Below, piece after piece: positions 37,924 through 48,018 of a DNA stretch of 64,000 nucleotides (positions are counted from its first letter, which is position 1; every line of letters begins with the position of its first letter). Source of the stretch: an uncultured delta proteobacterium (lineage in GTDB: Bacteria > Desulfobacterota > Binatia > Binatales > Binataceae); NCBI GenBank assembly GCA_963765675.1, contig CAVXXK010000001.1:1856001-1920000 (forward strand). Reading direction: 5' to 3'. The notes under the pieces are model-generated. The model saw nothing but the letters and a program-made list of their open reading frames with translations. It was not told the DNA's origin and did no database searches. A program made the translations under genes and the position numbers.

Positions 37924-40900
37924 GTGAGTTTTGCCCATCTGCACGTTCATACGCAGTACAGCCTGCTCGACGGTGCGAACAAGCTCGGTCCGCTGATCGA
38001 GCATGCCAAAGCCTCCGCGATGGAGGCGCTGGCGATCACCGACCATGGCAACATGTTCGGCGCGGTCGAGTTCTACCAGAAGTCCGTCGCCGCCGGGATC
38101 AAGCCGATCATCGGATGCGAGGCGTACCTCGCCGGTGGCAAGCGCACCGATCGTACCCAACCTCCGCGCAGCGACGACTTTGACGGCGGCGGCAATTATC
38201 ACCTGATCCTGCTGGTCCAGAACCGCGAGGGTTATCGCAACCTGTGCAAGCTGCTCACGGCGGCCTATCAGGAAGGGCTCTACTACAAGCCGCGCATCGA
38301 CAAGGAAATTCTCGAGCAGTACAACGCCGGGCTGATCGTGCTCTCGGGATGCCTGTCGGGCGAGATCGCGCGGGCGCTGCGCGCGGGCAAGATGGACAAG
38401 GCGCGCGAGTGCGCGCAATGGTACGCGCGCGTCTTCAAGGATCGCTACTACCTCGAGCTGCAGGACAACAAACTGCATTCGCCCTTCAACGACGCGCTGC
38501 GCGAGATCGGCAAGACCGTAGGACTGCCGCTGGTCGCGACCAACGACTGCCACTATCTGCACCGCGACGACGCCAAGGCCCACGAAGTCCTGCTCTGCGT
38601 CCAGACCGGCAAGACCATGGCCGACGAATCGCGCTGGCGCTTCGACACCGACGAGCTCTACGTCAAGACTCCGCAGGAGATGGCGAAAGCGTTTGGCGCC
38701 GAGTCCGAGGAATTCCGCAACACGATGGAGATCGCGCGGCGGGTCGATTTCGAATTCGAATTCGGCAAGTTCCGCTTCCCGGTCTATACGCCGGACGACG
38801 GCAAGAAGATCGACTTCGGCGACGAGATGGAGCGGCGCGCGCGCGAGGGCCTCGAGCTGCGGCTTGCGGAAATTCGCGCGCGGCGCGGCGGCGAGCTCGA
38901 CGCGGCGCCGTATTACCAGCGCCTCGATCAGGAGCTGCCGGTGATCCGCGATATGGGCTTCGCGGGCTATCTGCTGATCGTGCAGGATTTCATCAGCTAC
39001 GCCCGCGGGCAGGGAATCCCGACCGGTCCGGGCCGCGGCTCGGTGGTCGGCTCGCTGGTCTCGTACTCGCTCGGCATCACCGAGGTCGATCCGGTCGAGC
39101 ATCGGCTGCTGTTCGAGCGCTGGCTGAATCCCGGGCGCAAGTCGATGCCCGATATCGATTCCGATTTCTGCTTCGAGCGTCGCGATGAAGTTGTCGACTA
39201 CGTGCGCACCAAATACGGCGCCGACCGCGTCGCAAACATCATTACGTTCGGAACTATCAAGGGTAAGCAGGCGATCCGCGACGTTGGGCGCGTGCTCGGC
39301 CTGTCGTTCGCCGACACCGACAAGATCGTCAAGCTTTATCCTGCTCCCAAGCAGGGCCGCGATTTTCCGCTCAAAGAGGCGCTCGAGATGGAGCCGCGGC
39401 TCAAGGACGAGCGCAAGGCTCATCCCGAGCTGTTCGACTACGCGTTCAAGCTCGAGGGACTGCTGCGCCACACCTCGAAGCACGCAGCCGGCGTGGTGAT
39501 AGCCGACGTCGCGCTGCCCGAGGTGGTGCCGCTCTATGCCGACAAGGAAACCTCCGAAGGCGGAATCGCGATTACGCAATACTCGATGAAGAGCGTCGAC
39601 GAGGTCGGCCTGATCAAGTTCGATTTCCTCGCACTCAAGACGCTCACCCAGATCAAGAACACGCTCGATCTGATTCGCGCTGTCGGCAAGGAGCCGCCCG
39701 ACTTAAATACCCTCGCCCTCGACGATCCCGACACTTACCGGCTGCTCGCGCGCGGTGACACGGTCGGCGTGTTCCAGATGGAAAGCTCCGGGATGCGCCG
39801 GTTCCTGTCCGACTTGAAGCCGACCTGTTTCGAGGACGTGATCTCCGCCGTGTCGCTGTTTCGGCCCGGTCCGCTCGACGCGATCGAAGACGGCAAGACG
39901 ATGGTGCAGCACTTCGTCGATCGCAAGCACGGCCGCGAGAAGGTCGAATACGACCATCCGCTGCTCGAGCCGGTGCTGAAAGACACCTACGGCGTCATCG
40001 TTTATCAGGAGCACGTGATGCGCGCGGCGCAGGCGATCGCCGGATACACGCTCCAGCAAGCCGATATCCTGCGCGCCGCGATGGGCAAGAAGAACAAGGC
40101 GGCGATGGAGAAAGAACGCGAGGGCTTTATCGCGGGCGCGCTCAAGAGCGGACTCCCGCGCGATCTGGCGACCGCGATTTTTTCCAAGATCGAGACTTTC
40201 GCCGCGTACGGATTCCCGCGCGCCCACGGCGCCGCCTACGCGCTTACCAGCTATCGCACCGCGTACCTGCGCGCGCACTATCCGCACGAATTTATGGCGG
40301 CGCTGATGTCGCTGGATATGGACGACGTCGTCAAGACCTACAAAAATATCGCGTCGCTGCGCGAGATGCGGATCAAAATTCTGCCGCCCGACATCAACCA
40401 GAGCCAGGTCAAGTTCGCGGTGGTCGACGGCGACATCCGCTTCGGCCTGGCCGCGATTCGCGGCGTCGGCGCGAAGGCGGCGGAAGCGATTATCGCCGAG
40501 CGCGAGAGCAATGGGCCATTCGAGGGTCCGCTCGATTTCTGCACCCGCGTCGGCGCGCAGACGATCAACCGCCGTGTGCTCGACGCGTTGATAAAATGCG
40601 GCGCTTTCGATTTCTCCGGCGCCGCGCGCGCCGCGCTGGCCGCCACCGCCGAAGACGCGATCAAGCTCGCGCAGAAAGCGCACAGCGACGCCGAGCGCAA
40701 TCAGATGGGCCTGTTCGGCGGCGCGGGCGCCAAGCCGCCCACGCTCGCTCCGCGCGAAGCGGTGACGGAATGGGAGCCCAAGGAAAAGCTGAAATACGAA
40801 AAGGAAGCGCTCGGCTTCTACATCACCGCGCATCCGCTGGACAAGTACGCGCGCGAGCTCGCCGCGGTCAGTAAGATAACCACCGCCGATCTGCCCAATG

Positions 40901-41409
40901 TGCCAGACGGCAGCCGCATCAATATCGCGGGCGTGGTCCAATCGCTCAAGCTCAAGAACAACAAGTCGGGAAAACGCTACGCGACGTTCTCGCTCGAGGA
41001 TCGCGCCGGAATCCTCGAGGCGATCGCGTGGCCCGAGACCTACACCAAGTACGAGGCGCTAATCTCGGGCGACGATCCGGTGCTGGTCCGCGGCAAGCTC
41101 GACGTTGACGACGATCGCGCCCAGATAATTATCGACGAGATTCGTCCGCTCTCCGCCGCGCTGGTCGATTCCGTGCGCGAGGTCCGAATCCGCGCGCCCA
41201 AGACCCGCCTCGACAACGGCGGCCTCGACGCGCTGAAGGCGACTCTCTCGCGCCATCGGGGAAACTCGGTAACCTATCTGCACCTGGGCCTCGAAGACGG
41301 CCGCGAAGCCGTCCTCGTACTCGGCGACGGTTTCCGAGTCTCCCCAACCGACGCCTTCGTAACCGACCTGGAACAATTACTGACACCAGGTGCCGTGCAG
41401 TTGAGATAG
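37924..41409 (+). CDS. dnaE: DNA polymerase III alpha subunit
   Basis: FAHLHVHTQYSLLDG PHP domain, GPGRGS, MPDIDSDF, IKFDFL, C-terminal OB fold; GTG start 37924. Confidence 0.97.
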   Translation: MSFAHLHVHTQYSLLDGANKLGPLIEHAKASAMEALAITDHGNMFGAVEFYQKSVAAGIKPIIGCEAYLAGGKRTDRTQPPRSDDFDGGGNYHLILLVQNREGYRNLCKLLTAAYQEGLYYKPRIDKEILEQYNAGLIVLSGCLSGEIARALRAGKMDKARECAQWYARVFKDRYYLELQDNKLHSPFNDALREIGKTVGLPLVATNDCHYLHRDDAKAHEVLLCVQTGKTMADESRWRFDTDELYVKTPQEMAKAFGAESEEFRNTMEIARRVDFEFEFGKFRFPVYTPDDGKKIDFGDEMERRAREGLELRLAEIRARRGGELDAAPYYQRLDQELPVIRDMGFAGYLLIVQDFISYARGQGIPTGPGRGSVVGSLVSYSLGITEVDPVEHRLLFERWLNPGRKSMPDIDSDFCFERRDEVVDYVRTKYGADRVANIITFGTIKGKQAIRDVGRVLGLSFADTDKIVKLYPAPKQGRDFPLKEALEMEPRLKDERKAHPELFDYAFKLEGLLRHTSKHAAGVVIADVALPEVVPLYADKETSEGGIAITQYSMKSVDEVGLIKFDFLALKTLTQIKNTLDLIRAVGKEPPDLNTLALDDPDTYRLLARGDTVGVFQMESSGMRRFLSDLKPTCFEDVISAVSLFRPGPLDAIEDGKTMVQHFVDRKHGREKVEYDHPLLEPVLKDTYGVIVYQEHVMRAAQAIAGYTLQQADILRAAMGKKNKAAMEKEREGFIAGALKSGLPRDLATAIFSKIETFAAYGFPRAHGAAYALTSYRTAYLRAHYPHEFMAALMSLDMDDVVKTYKNIASLREMRIKILPPDINQSQVKFAVVDGDIRFGLAAIRGVGAKAAEAIIAERESNGPFEGPLDFCTRVGAQTINRRVLDALIKCGAFDFSGAARAALAATAEDAIKLAQKAHSDAERNQMGLFGGAGAKPPTLAPREAVTEWEPKEKLKYEKEALGFYITAHPLDKYARELAAVSKITTADLPNVPDGSRINIAGVVQSLKLKNNKSGKRYATFSLEDRAGILEAIAWPETYTKYEALISGDDPVLVRGKLDVDDDRAQIIIDEIRPLSAALVDSVREVRIRAPKTRLDNGGLDALKATLSRHRGNSVTYLHLGLEDGREAVLVLGDGFRVSPTDAFVTDLEQLLTPGAVQLR

Positions 41410-41570
41410 ATAGGCGCTGATCTACGACTCCCTGATGTGATGCCCATGCAGGAAGGTTACAAGACGCCTTATCCGACTCTGCCCGGTATGCTATAATCAC
41501 TCTGGTGAAGCGCTCCGTGGAACTAGAGCGCCGAGCGCGCCGCGTCCCAGTCGTGAGGTTGCGTTCTCTA

Positions 41571-41615
41571 TTCCCTCTCCGACGGGAGAGGGTGCCGCGA
41601 AGCGGCGGGTGAGGG
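41571..41615. repeat. Family A palindromic repeat, single copy
   Basis: ttccctctccgacgggagagggtgccgcgaagcggcgggtgaggg. Confidence 0.7.
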
Positions 41616-41952
41616 TGCTGCTCTGCTTCCTCTCTCTGCCGACGACCCGAATGACGGATCCTCGTGCGTCAGCAGGAACCTGCCCGAGTCCGCCGAAGGG
41701 CGCGACAATAATTTTTCTCTGTCGCGCAGCAGAACGCGTAAATGCCCTCCGGAGCTGCTAAGCGAAGACTTGGAGAACCTCAAACGAACTATCTCTGTTG
41801 GACGGAAAGTCTTTGATTTCACTGGATAAAATGATTTGGTCGATCGCAAAATCGCCTGAACGAACCCACCGATGAAACAGCGTATTAAAGTGGACGCCTC
41901 ATTTTGATAGACTCGGAGCGACGCCGCACTTTGGCGGCGGCGGCTGACGCAG

Positions 41953-43260
41953 TTGCATAACATCACCACTGAAGGGCTGGACCGCGCGATCCTGGTCGGG
42001 ATCGAACTCGGCGCCGCCGAGGGAATCTCGACCGAGGAATCATTGGCGGAGCTTCGCGCGCTCACGCTCAGCGCCGGGGCCAGCGTCGAGGCGACGGTCA
42101 GCCAGAAGCTCAAGGCTCCTGACCCGCGCACCTTTATCGGCAAGGGCAAGGCGGCCGAGGTTCGCGAGCTCGCGCATCAGACGGGCGCGACGCTCGTGAT
42201 CTTCGACGACGCGCTCTCGCCCGCGCAGGCGCGCAATCTTGAGAATGAACTCAAGCTGCGCGTGATCGATCGCAGCCAGTTGATTCTCGATATCTTCGCA
42301 CTGCGTGCGCGCACCCTGGAAGGCAAACTGCAGGTCGAGATCGCGCAGCTCGCCTACCTGCAGCCGCGCCTGACGCGCCAGTGGTCGCATCTGTCGCGCG
42401 TCCGCGGTGGAGGCGGTAGTGCCGGAGGCGGCGGCAGCGGAGCCAGCGGCGGCGGAGTCGGCACGCGCGGACCCGGCGAAACCCAGCTCGAGGTTGATCG
42501 CCGCCGCCTGCGCGAAAAGCTCACTCGCCTGCGAGCGCGCCTGCGCGAGGTCGAACGCACGCGCACGATTCAGCGCCGCCGCCGTCTTGAGGTTCCGTAC
42601 CCGACGGTGGCGCTGGTCGGCTACACCAACTCCGGCAAATCCACGCTGATGAACGCGTTCACGGGTGCTGGCGTCGAGGCTGCGAACCGCCCGTTCTCGA
42701 CGCTCGATCCGACGATCCGGCGCCTCAAGCTGCCGGGCAGGATGTCGGTGATGCTGGCCGACACGGTTGGATTTATTCATCGCTTGCCGCACGGACTGAT
42801 CGACGCGTTCAAGGCGACGCTCGAAGAAGTGCGCACCGCGAGCCTGCTGATTCACGTGGTCGATGCGAGTTCCGAGCTTGCAGGAGAGCGGATGGAGATC
42901 GTCGATCGCGTGCTCGAGGAGATCGGCGCCGGCGCGACTCCGCGAATTATCGCGATGAACAAGAGCGACCTGACCGAGAAAGCTCCGCACGTCGCGGCCG
43001 ATCACGACATCGTCGCGATCTCGGCACTGCGCGGCGAAGGGCTGGACGAGTTGCGCGACGTGATCGCGCGCCACTTCAGCGGCTCGCGCCAGGAAGTTGT
43101 CGTGACGCTTGCGGCCAGCCGAGGCGATCTGGTGGCTATGGCGCGCCGCGATGGCGAAGTGCTAAGCGAAGAATACAGCGACGGCAAGGTCGCGATGCGC
43201 GCGCTGGTCAGCGCCACGGTTGCGGGACGGCTGCGCAAAGCCGCGCTCGCGCGGGCCTGA
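41953..43260 (+). CDS. hflX: GTPase HflX
   Basis: IDRSQLILDIF, GTRGPGETQLE, VGYTNSGKSTL, FSTLDPT, DTVGF. Confidence 0.96.
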   Translation: MHNITTEGLDRAILVGIELGAAEGISTEESLAELRALTLSAGASVEATVSQKLKAPDPRTFIGKGKAAEVRELAHQTGATLVIFDDALSPAQARNLENELKLRVIDRSQLILDIFALRARTLEGKLQVEIAQLAYLQPRLTRQWSHLSRVRGGGGSAGGGGSGASGGGVGTRGPGETQLEVDRRRLREKLTRLRARLREVERTRTIQRRRRLEVPYPTVALVGYTNSGKSTLMNAFTGAGVEAANRPFSTLDPTIRRLKLPGRMSVMLADTVGFIHRLPHGLIDAFKATLEEVRTASLLIHVVDASSELAGERMEIVDRVLEEIGAGATPRIIAMNKSDLTEKAPHVAADHDIVAISALRGEGLDELRDVIARHFSGSRQEVVVTLAASRGDLVAMARRDGEVLSEEYSDGKVAMRALVSATVAGRLRKAALARA

Positions 43261-43283
43261 ATGACGCGCGGACTGGAACGGAA

Positions 43284-43910
43284 ATGGCTGCAGGTCAACC
43301 ACATCAGACCCCGCCGAGACTCGTCAGGAAGGCGGGTACTCCGGCGGTCACCAAGCGGCTGCTCAACCTGCCGAATATCCTTACCCTGTGCCGGCTCGGC
43401 TCGATTCCGATTTTTCTGTTGCTCCTCAGCAAGCAACGCTACACCGCCGCACTATATGTTTTTGTCGCTGCCGCGGTGACCGACAGCCTCGACGGCACGG
43501 TCGCGCGATGGTTCGACGCGCGCACCGAGCTGGGCGCATTTCTCGACCCGTTCGCAGACAAGCTGATGCTGGTGTCGGCGTTCGTCGTGATGACGATCTA
43601 CGGCGATTTTCCGGCGTGGCTGTTGATCGTGGTCGCGATCCGCGACATCGTGATCGTCTTCGGCTACCTGATGCTGTCGTTCTTCACCGGCGAACGGATT
43701 CCCGTGCGTCCGAGCTACTTGGGCAAGATCAGCACGTTCCTTCAACTCGCGTGCGTGACCGCCGCGCTCTTGCGATTGGGTCAGCTCTATCCGGACTATT
43801 TCTACGCGCTGCTGTACCTGACCGTCGCGGCCACCGCGATGTCGGGAGTCCATTACATGTACCGCGGCCTGGTATGGCTCGGATCGCGCGAGCCCGAGAT
43901 GTTTACCTAG
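43284..43910 (+). CDS. CDP-alcohol phosphatidyltransferase (PgsA-like)
   Basis: NLPNILTLCR, TDSLDGTVAR…LGAFLDPFADK motif. Confidence 0.92.
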   Translation: MAAGQPHQTPPRLVRKAGTPAVTKRLLNLPNILTLCRLGSIPIFLLLLSKQRYTAALYVFVAAAVTDSLDGTVARWFDARTELGAFLDPFADKLMLVSAFVVMTIYGDFPAWLLIVVAIRDIVIVFGYLMLSFFTGERIPVRPSYLGKISTFLQLACVTAALLRLGQLYPDYFYALLYLTVAATAMSGVHYMYRGLVWLGSREPEMFT

Positions 43911-43911
43911 C

Positions 43912-45084
43912 CTAGTTGATCACTTTCGCGGCGCGCAGCTCTTCCACTTGCGTGCGATCGATTCCGAATTCGCGCAGGACTTCTTCGGTGTGCTCGCCGA
44001 GCTTCGGCGGCGTGCGCCACATCCGCGCCGGCGTCTCGCTGAATCGCGCGCCCGGATTGACCGTGCGTACTCTGCCCGCCGTCGGATGATCGTAAACCAG
44101 GAAGCTTTCGTTGGCGACAATCTCCGGATCAGTCAACAGCGTATCGTAGTTATGCACGGGACCGCACGGGATGTCGGCCTTTTCGAGGATCGGCAGCCAG
44201 TGTGCGGTCGGCTGCTCGGGAAACAGCTTGGCGAGTCCGCGCATGATTCCGCGCCCGCGCTCCATCCGGTTCTCCACGCCGTCGTACCATTCCAGATGCC
44301 CGACCGCGTCGCACAGGCGGCGTAACTGCTCGTCGGTGAAGGGCGCGATCGTGAGCCATCCGTCGGCGGTGCGGAACGGATCGAGGGTCGAGCTTTTGGG
44401 CGCGGTGCCCTTGAACTCCGCCTCGGGAAGAAACGTGTATTCGTACATAGAGTCGTTGGCCGTGAACGCCATCATCGCTTCGAGCATCGGCACCTTGACG
44501 AACTGGCCGACTCCGCGCGCGCGCGCCGCGTGCAACGCCGCCACTACGCTCAGCGCGGCGGTGATCCCGCTGACCTTGTCGGCCAGCGCCATCTTGACCG
44601 CAGTTGGCTGTCCGCTCTTGCCGCCCTGCACATGCTCCATCCCGGAGTATCCCTGGATTACAGGATCGTAGGCGGGAAAATTCGCGTAGCGGCCCTTGGG
44701 CGGAAATCCGCAGATCGAGCAATAGACGATCTTGGGATTCGCGCGGCGGATATCGGCGTAGCCGATACCCAGGCGCTCGGCGACGCCCGGACGATTGTTC
44801 TCGACGATCGCGTCAGACTTTACCGCGAGGCGGCGCACGAGGTCGCGGCCGTGCTCTTTTTTGATATCGATCACGACGCTGCGCTTGTTGCGGTTGAAAT
44901 TCAGAAACGCCGCCGTCAGCCCGTTTCTCTTTGGCCCGATGTTGCGGCGCAGCGAATCGCCCTCGGGTGACTCGACCTTGATCACGTCCGCACCCAGATC
45001 GCCCAGCAGCATCGTGCAGAACGGTCCTGAAATGACGGCCGTCAAATCCAGAATGCGAAAACCGGCCAGGGGTCCCTCAGCCAT
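43912..45084 (-). CDS. CaiB/BaiF family III CoA transferase
   Basis: GPFCTMLLGDLGADVIKVE, NRNKRS, ENNRPG, YDPVIQ, PPKLGEHT. Confidence 0.93.
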   Translation of the reverse strand: MAEGPLAGFRILDLTAVISGPFCTMLLGDLGADVIKVESPEGDSLRRNIGPKRNGLTAAFLNFNRNKRSVVIDIKKEHGRDLVRRLAVKSDAIVENNRPGVAERLGIGYADIRRANPKIVYCSICGFPPKGRYANFPAYDPVIQGYSGMEHVQGGKSGQPTAVKMALADKVSGITAALSVVAALHAARARGVGQFVKVPMLEAMMAFTANDSMYEYTFLPEAEFKGTAPKSSTLDPFRTADGWLTIAPFTDEQLRRLCDAVGHLEWYDGVENRMERGRGIMRGLAKLFPEQPTAHWLPILEKADIPCGPVHNYDTLLTDPEIVANESFLVYDHPTAGRVRTVNPGARFSETPARMWRTPPKLGEHTEEVLREFGIDRTQVEELRAAKVIN

Positions 45085-45288
45085 AATACTAATTCCTCGA
45101 CTACTTCCGCGCGTGCTGAACCTGTGCCCGATCTCGGCAGACCGCCGGCGGCGCCAATCATGCGCGATCGCGGGTGAGAAGCCTGCTTAGCCCGCCCAGA
45201 CTTCCGCGTCAAGGCGCGTCGCGCGGGATTTCCGCGCGTCGATGCATCGTGAGCGAGTCGATGCCGTGATTTGTGGGCTGAAGCGAGC

Positions 45289-46125
45289 CTATTGCGCGGC
45301 AACTTTCGGAATACTGGTTCCGAACGCAACTTTCAGATCGTCGCCGGCGAATGGATAGACGTGCACCATCCATCCGAACGCGAGCGGCAGGAAATGTCCG
45401 CCGGCGGCCTGACACGCCGCCGCAGTGTGGATCTTTCCGGTGAATCCAAAACGTCCGTCGGCGAAGACGCCGTACTTCTGATCGCGGCCGAGCGCTTCGG
45501 GATTCGCCGCGATCGGAATCATCCCGGGAAGATTCTGCTGATCCTGTCCGGCGTTGCCGCGCAGCAGGTCGTCGAGCGTGATCGCCTGGGGCAGGCAAAT
45601 GTCCGTATGCTCATGCCATCGCGCGATTCCGAGCGGAATGAGCTGATTGAGCTGCTCCGGAGTAAAGTCCGGCGGCGCGCTGTACATCGCGCCGACCAGC
45701 ACGTAGTTTCCGTCGGGCTGCTTGACGTAAAGAATTGAGCCCGGATGCGCCAGGTCGAAGCGGCCGCGGTACTCGTCGCCCGCCCAAGCGTAGTTGGTGA
45801 AGTGATAAACGTCCTGCGGAACGGTCGGCATGAAAATCCGAAAGCCCTGCGCCAGCGCCGCGTGGTAATTGCGATATGGCAGGAGCACGCGGCGGAGGGT
45901 TGAGAGGATGTCGTTGGCGCGCTCGATATCCTCCGGCGTCGCTTCACGCAGGTCGGTCATGCGCATGTGCTCGTCCATGTGCATGTCGGAGCCCATTCCG
46001 TTGACCGAGGTGATTCCCGGCATCCCCTGCATCGAATCCATCGAGGACATATCGTGAGCATAGGCGGTCGCGGCCAAAACCGCGGCGACTCCGGCGGCGA
46101 TTGCGAGTGCGCTGATTTTCTTCAT
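45289..46125 (-). CDS. Exported hypothetical protein with Met/His-rich N-terminus
   Basis: Signal peptide (AYA-H), HDMSSMDSMQGM..MHMDEHM, then YHF, WHEH, WMVHV motifs. Confidence 0.75.
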   Translation of the reverse strand: MKKISALAIAAGVAAVLAATAYAHDMSSMDSMQGMPGITSVNGMGSDMHMDEHMRMTDLREATPEDIERANDILSTLRRVLLPYRNYHAALAQGFRIFMPTVPQDVYHFTNYAWAGDEYRGRFDLAHPGSILYVKQPDGNYVLVGAMYSAPPDFTPEQLNQLIPLGIARWHEHTDICLPQAITLDDLLRGNAGQDQQNLPGMIPIAANPEALGRDQKYGVFADGRFGFTGKIHTAAACQAAGGHFLPLAFGWMVHVYPFAGDDLKVAFGTSIPKVAAQ

Positions 46126-46165
46126 TGGGTTTCGATTCTCCTGCGGGCAAGCCGCCGCGAGATTA

Positions 46166-46984
46166 TCAATTCCGATCGCCGCGCAGCCGCGCGTGCGAGA
46201 GCGCGGGCAACTCGCGCCGCACGCGCTCCTGGTACTCAAGATCGATCGGTGCGATCACCACGCCCTCGTAGTCGGCGGCGCGCGCAAGCACCCGCCCCCA
46301 CGGATCGACGATCATCGTATTTCCATAGTCGCTGAACCCGTGTGGATTCGGTCCGAACTGCGCCGGCGCGATCAGATAGACCTGGTTCTCGATCGCCCGC
46401 GCACGAATCAGCGTCTCCCAATGCGCCTCGCCGGTCGGAAAAGTGAACGCGCTCGGCAGCGTGACAATCTGCGCGCCGGCGAACACGAGCTGGCGGTAAA
46501 GTTCCGGGAAGCGCAGGTCGTAGCAAATCGTGAGTCCGATCGTCCCGAGAGGAGTCGGCGCCGCGACAACTTCGGCTCCGGGCATCTTCACGTCCGACTC
46601 GCGCGCAGTGACTCGTCCCGGCAGGTCGATATCGAACAGGTGAATCTTGCGATACACGGCGATACGCGAGCCGTTCGGGCCGAGCAGGACCGAGGTGTTG
46701 TAGTTGCGCGTCTGGTCCGCGACGCGCTCCGCGATCGATCCCGCGATCAGATGAAGTTGCAGCTCGCGCGCCAGGCGCGCCATCCGGGTGATCGACTCGC
46801 CCTCGAGCGTCTCGGCCGCCGCGGCTTCTTCGGCGCGCTTGCCGCGCCAGTTGAACATCTCGGGCAGCGCGACCAGGTTCGCGCCGCGCGCGGCCGCAAC
46901 GCGCACCAGGCGTTCGGCTCGTTCTAAGTTGGCGGCTTTGTCCGAAGCCGCCGCCATCTGGATCGCCGCCGCGAGGTAAGTCAT
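46166..46984 (-). CDS. Carbon-nitrogen hydrolase (Nit1/deaminated glutathione amidase-like)
   Basis: LPEMF, YRKIHLFD, ICYDLRFPE catalytic triad, RARAIENQ. Confidence 0.93.
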   Translation of the reverse strand: MTYLAAAIQMAAASDKAANLERAERLVRVAAARGANLVALPEMFNWRGKRAEEAAAAETLEGESITRMARLARELQLHLIAGSIAERVADQTRNYNTSVLLGPNGSRIAVYRKIHLFDIDLPGRVTARESDVKMPGAEVVAAPTPLGTIGLTICYDLRFPELYRQLVFAGAQIVTLPSAFTFPTGEAHWETLIRARAIENQVYLIAPAQFGPNPHGFSDYGNTMIVDPWGRVLARAADYEGVVIAPIDLEYQERVRRELPALSHARLRGDRN

Positions 46985-47041
46985 CAGAATCTCAATACCC
47001 TGAAGCCGGATTATCCCGCTTTTGGGCGCGGTTTAGTAGCG

Positions 47042-47368
47042 TCAGTAACGCGGCACGGAGGGGTCGGCCTCGAGCGACCATGCGTTGATTCCGCCGGCCA
47101 AATTGACGACGTGCGTAAAGCCGTTGCGCGCCAGATACATCCCCACCTGCGCACTGCGCATCCCGTGATGGCATACGACGATCGTCTCGCGCTCGGGATC
47201 GAGCTCTCCGATTCGCGCCGGAATATCGTTCATCGGGATATGCGTCGCTCCGGGAAATGCCGCCAGCGCGATCTCCGCCGGCTCGCGCACGTCGAGAATG
47301 AACACGGTTTCGCCGCGTTCGAGGCGCGCCCTCAATTCCGCCGCATGAGTCTCGGAAAGCTCCGCCAT
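47042..47368 (-). CDS. Rhodanese-like domain protein
   Basis: LDVREP, CHHGMRS, NLAGGINAWS..DPSVPRY. Confidence 0.92.
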   Translation of the reverse strand: MAELSETHAAELRARLERGETVFILDVREPAEIALAAFPGATHIPMNDIPARIGELDPERETIVVCHHGMRSAQVGMYLARNGFTHVVNLAGGINAWSLEADPSVPRY

Positions 47369-47400
47369 GCCGCAACGATTACTCGGACAGGCGCCGCGCG

Positions 47401-47928
47401 CTACTGCGTGACGACGTCGGGATACAGCTTAACCTTCGCGAACCGCGGCAGCATCGGCATCGGGATCGAAAACGCGAAATGGTCGGTCGCGCCCGGCTTG
47501 AGCGGATCGAAGTGCGGCTTCTCGTTCAGGATTCGGCTGACCTCGGCATCCTCGTTCATGGATACCGCCTGCGAGTTGTAAACTGTCTCGGCGTGAACGA
47601 TCTTGCCGTGAGCATCTTCGAAACTGAAGACGAACTTCACGTAGTCGATCGGATGGGAATCCGTATTAGTTACTTTTCCGGTGACCACCAGGTTGGGCGG
47701 CATGCAGCACGAGCGCATGATCTTGTCCGTGCTGATGATCACGTGCACGTCCTTGACTGGCTGGAGCTGGGTCATCGGATGATCGTAGAGCATGTGCGTC
47801 GTCGCGGCCTCTCTTGCGGCCTCCGAGTTGTCCTTGACCGTGACCGCTGCCATCACGGTGACGGCGGCCAGTACACTGGCCGCGAAGGCCAGCGCGGTGA
47901 ATCCGATAGGTCCGATATGCTTTTTCAT
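47401..47928 (-). CDS. Exported protein with FxLYD-like Ig-fold domain
   Basis: Signal peptide; VTGKVTNT..PIDYVKFVFSFEDAHGKIV…LKPGAT..F. Confidence 0.6.
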   Translation of the reverse strand: MKKHIGPIGFTALAFAASVLAAVTVMAAVTVKDNSEAAREAATTHMLYDHPMTQLQPVKDVHVIISTDKIMRSCCMPPNLVVTGKVTNTDSHPIDYVKFVFSFEDAHGKIVHAETVYNSQAVSMNEDAEVSRILNEKPHFDPLKPGATDHFAFSIPMPMLPRFAKVKLYPDVVTQ

Positions 47929-48018
47929 AAGCAGGTTCTCCGTTCCGATCTTGGCCGTCGGCGCTCGCAAATGTCAAACTGGTATTAGCAAGCTATACTA
48001 CTCCGAAGAGCCGAGCGA

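Noticed and set aside
37924-41409. Intein or error-prone DnaE2 in dnaE
   Set aside because: Normal length, intact PHP motifs and no imuA/imuB neighbours.
42400-42470. Gly/Ser-rich insert in HflX (also in DUF1329 at ~35055-35120)
   Set aside because: Low-complexity expansion of a Gly-rich loop; not an intein or mobile insert.
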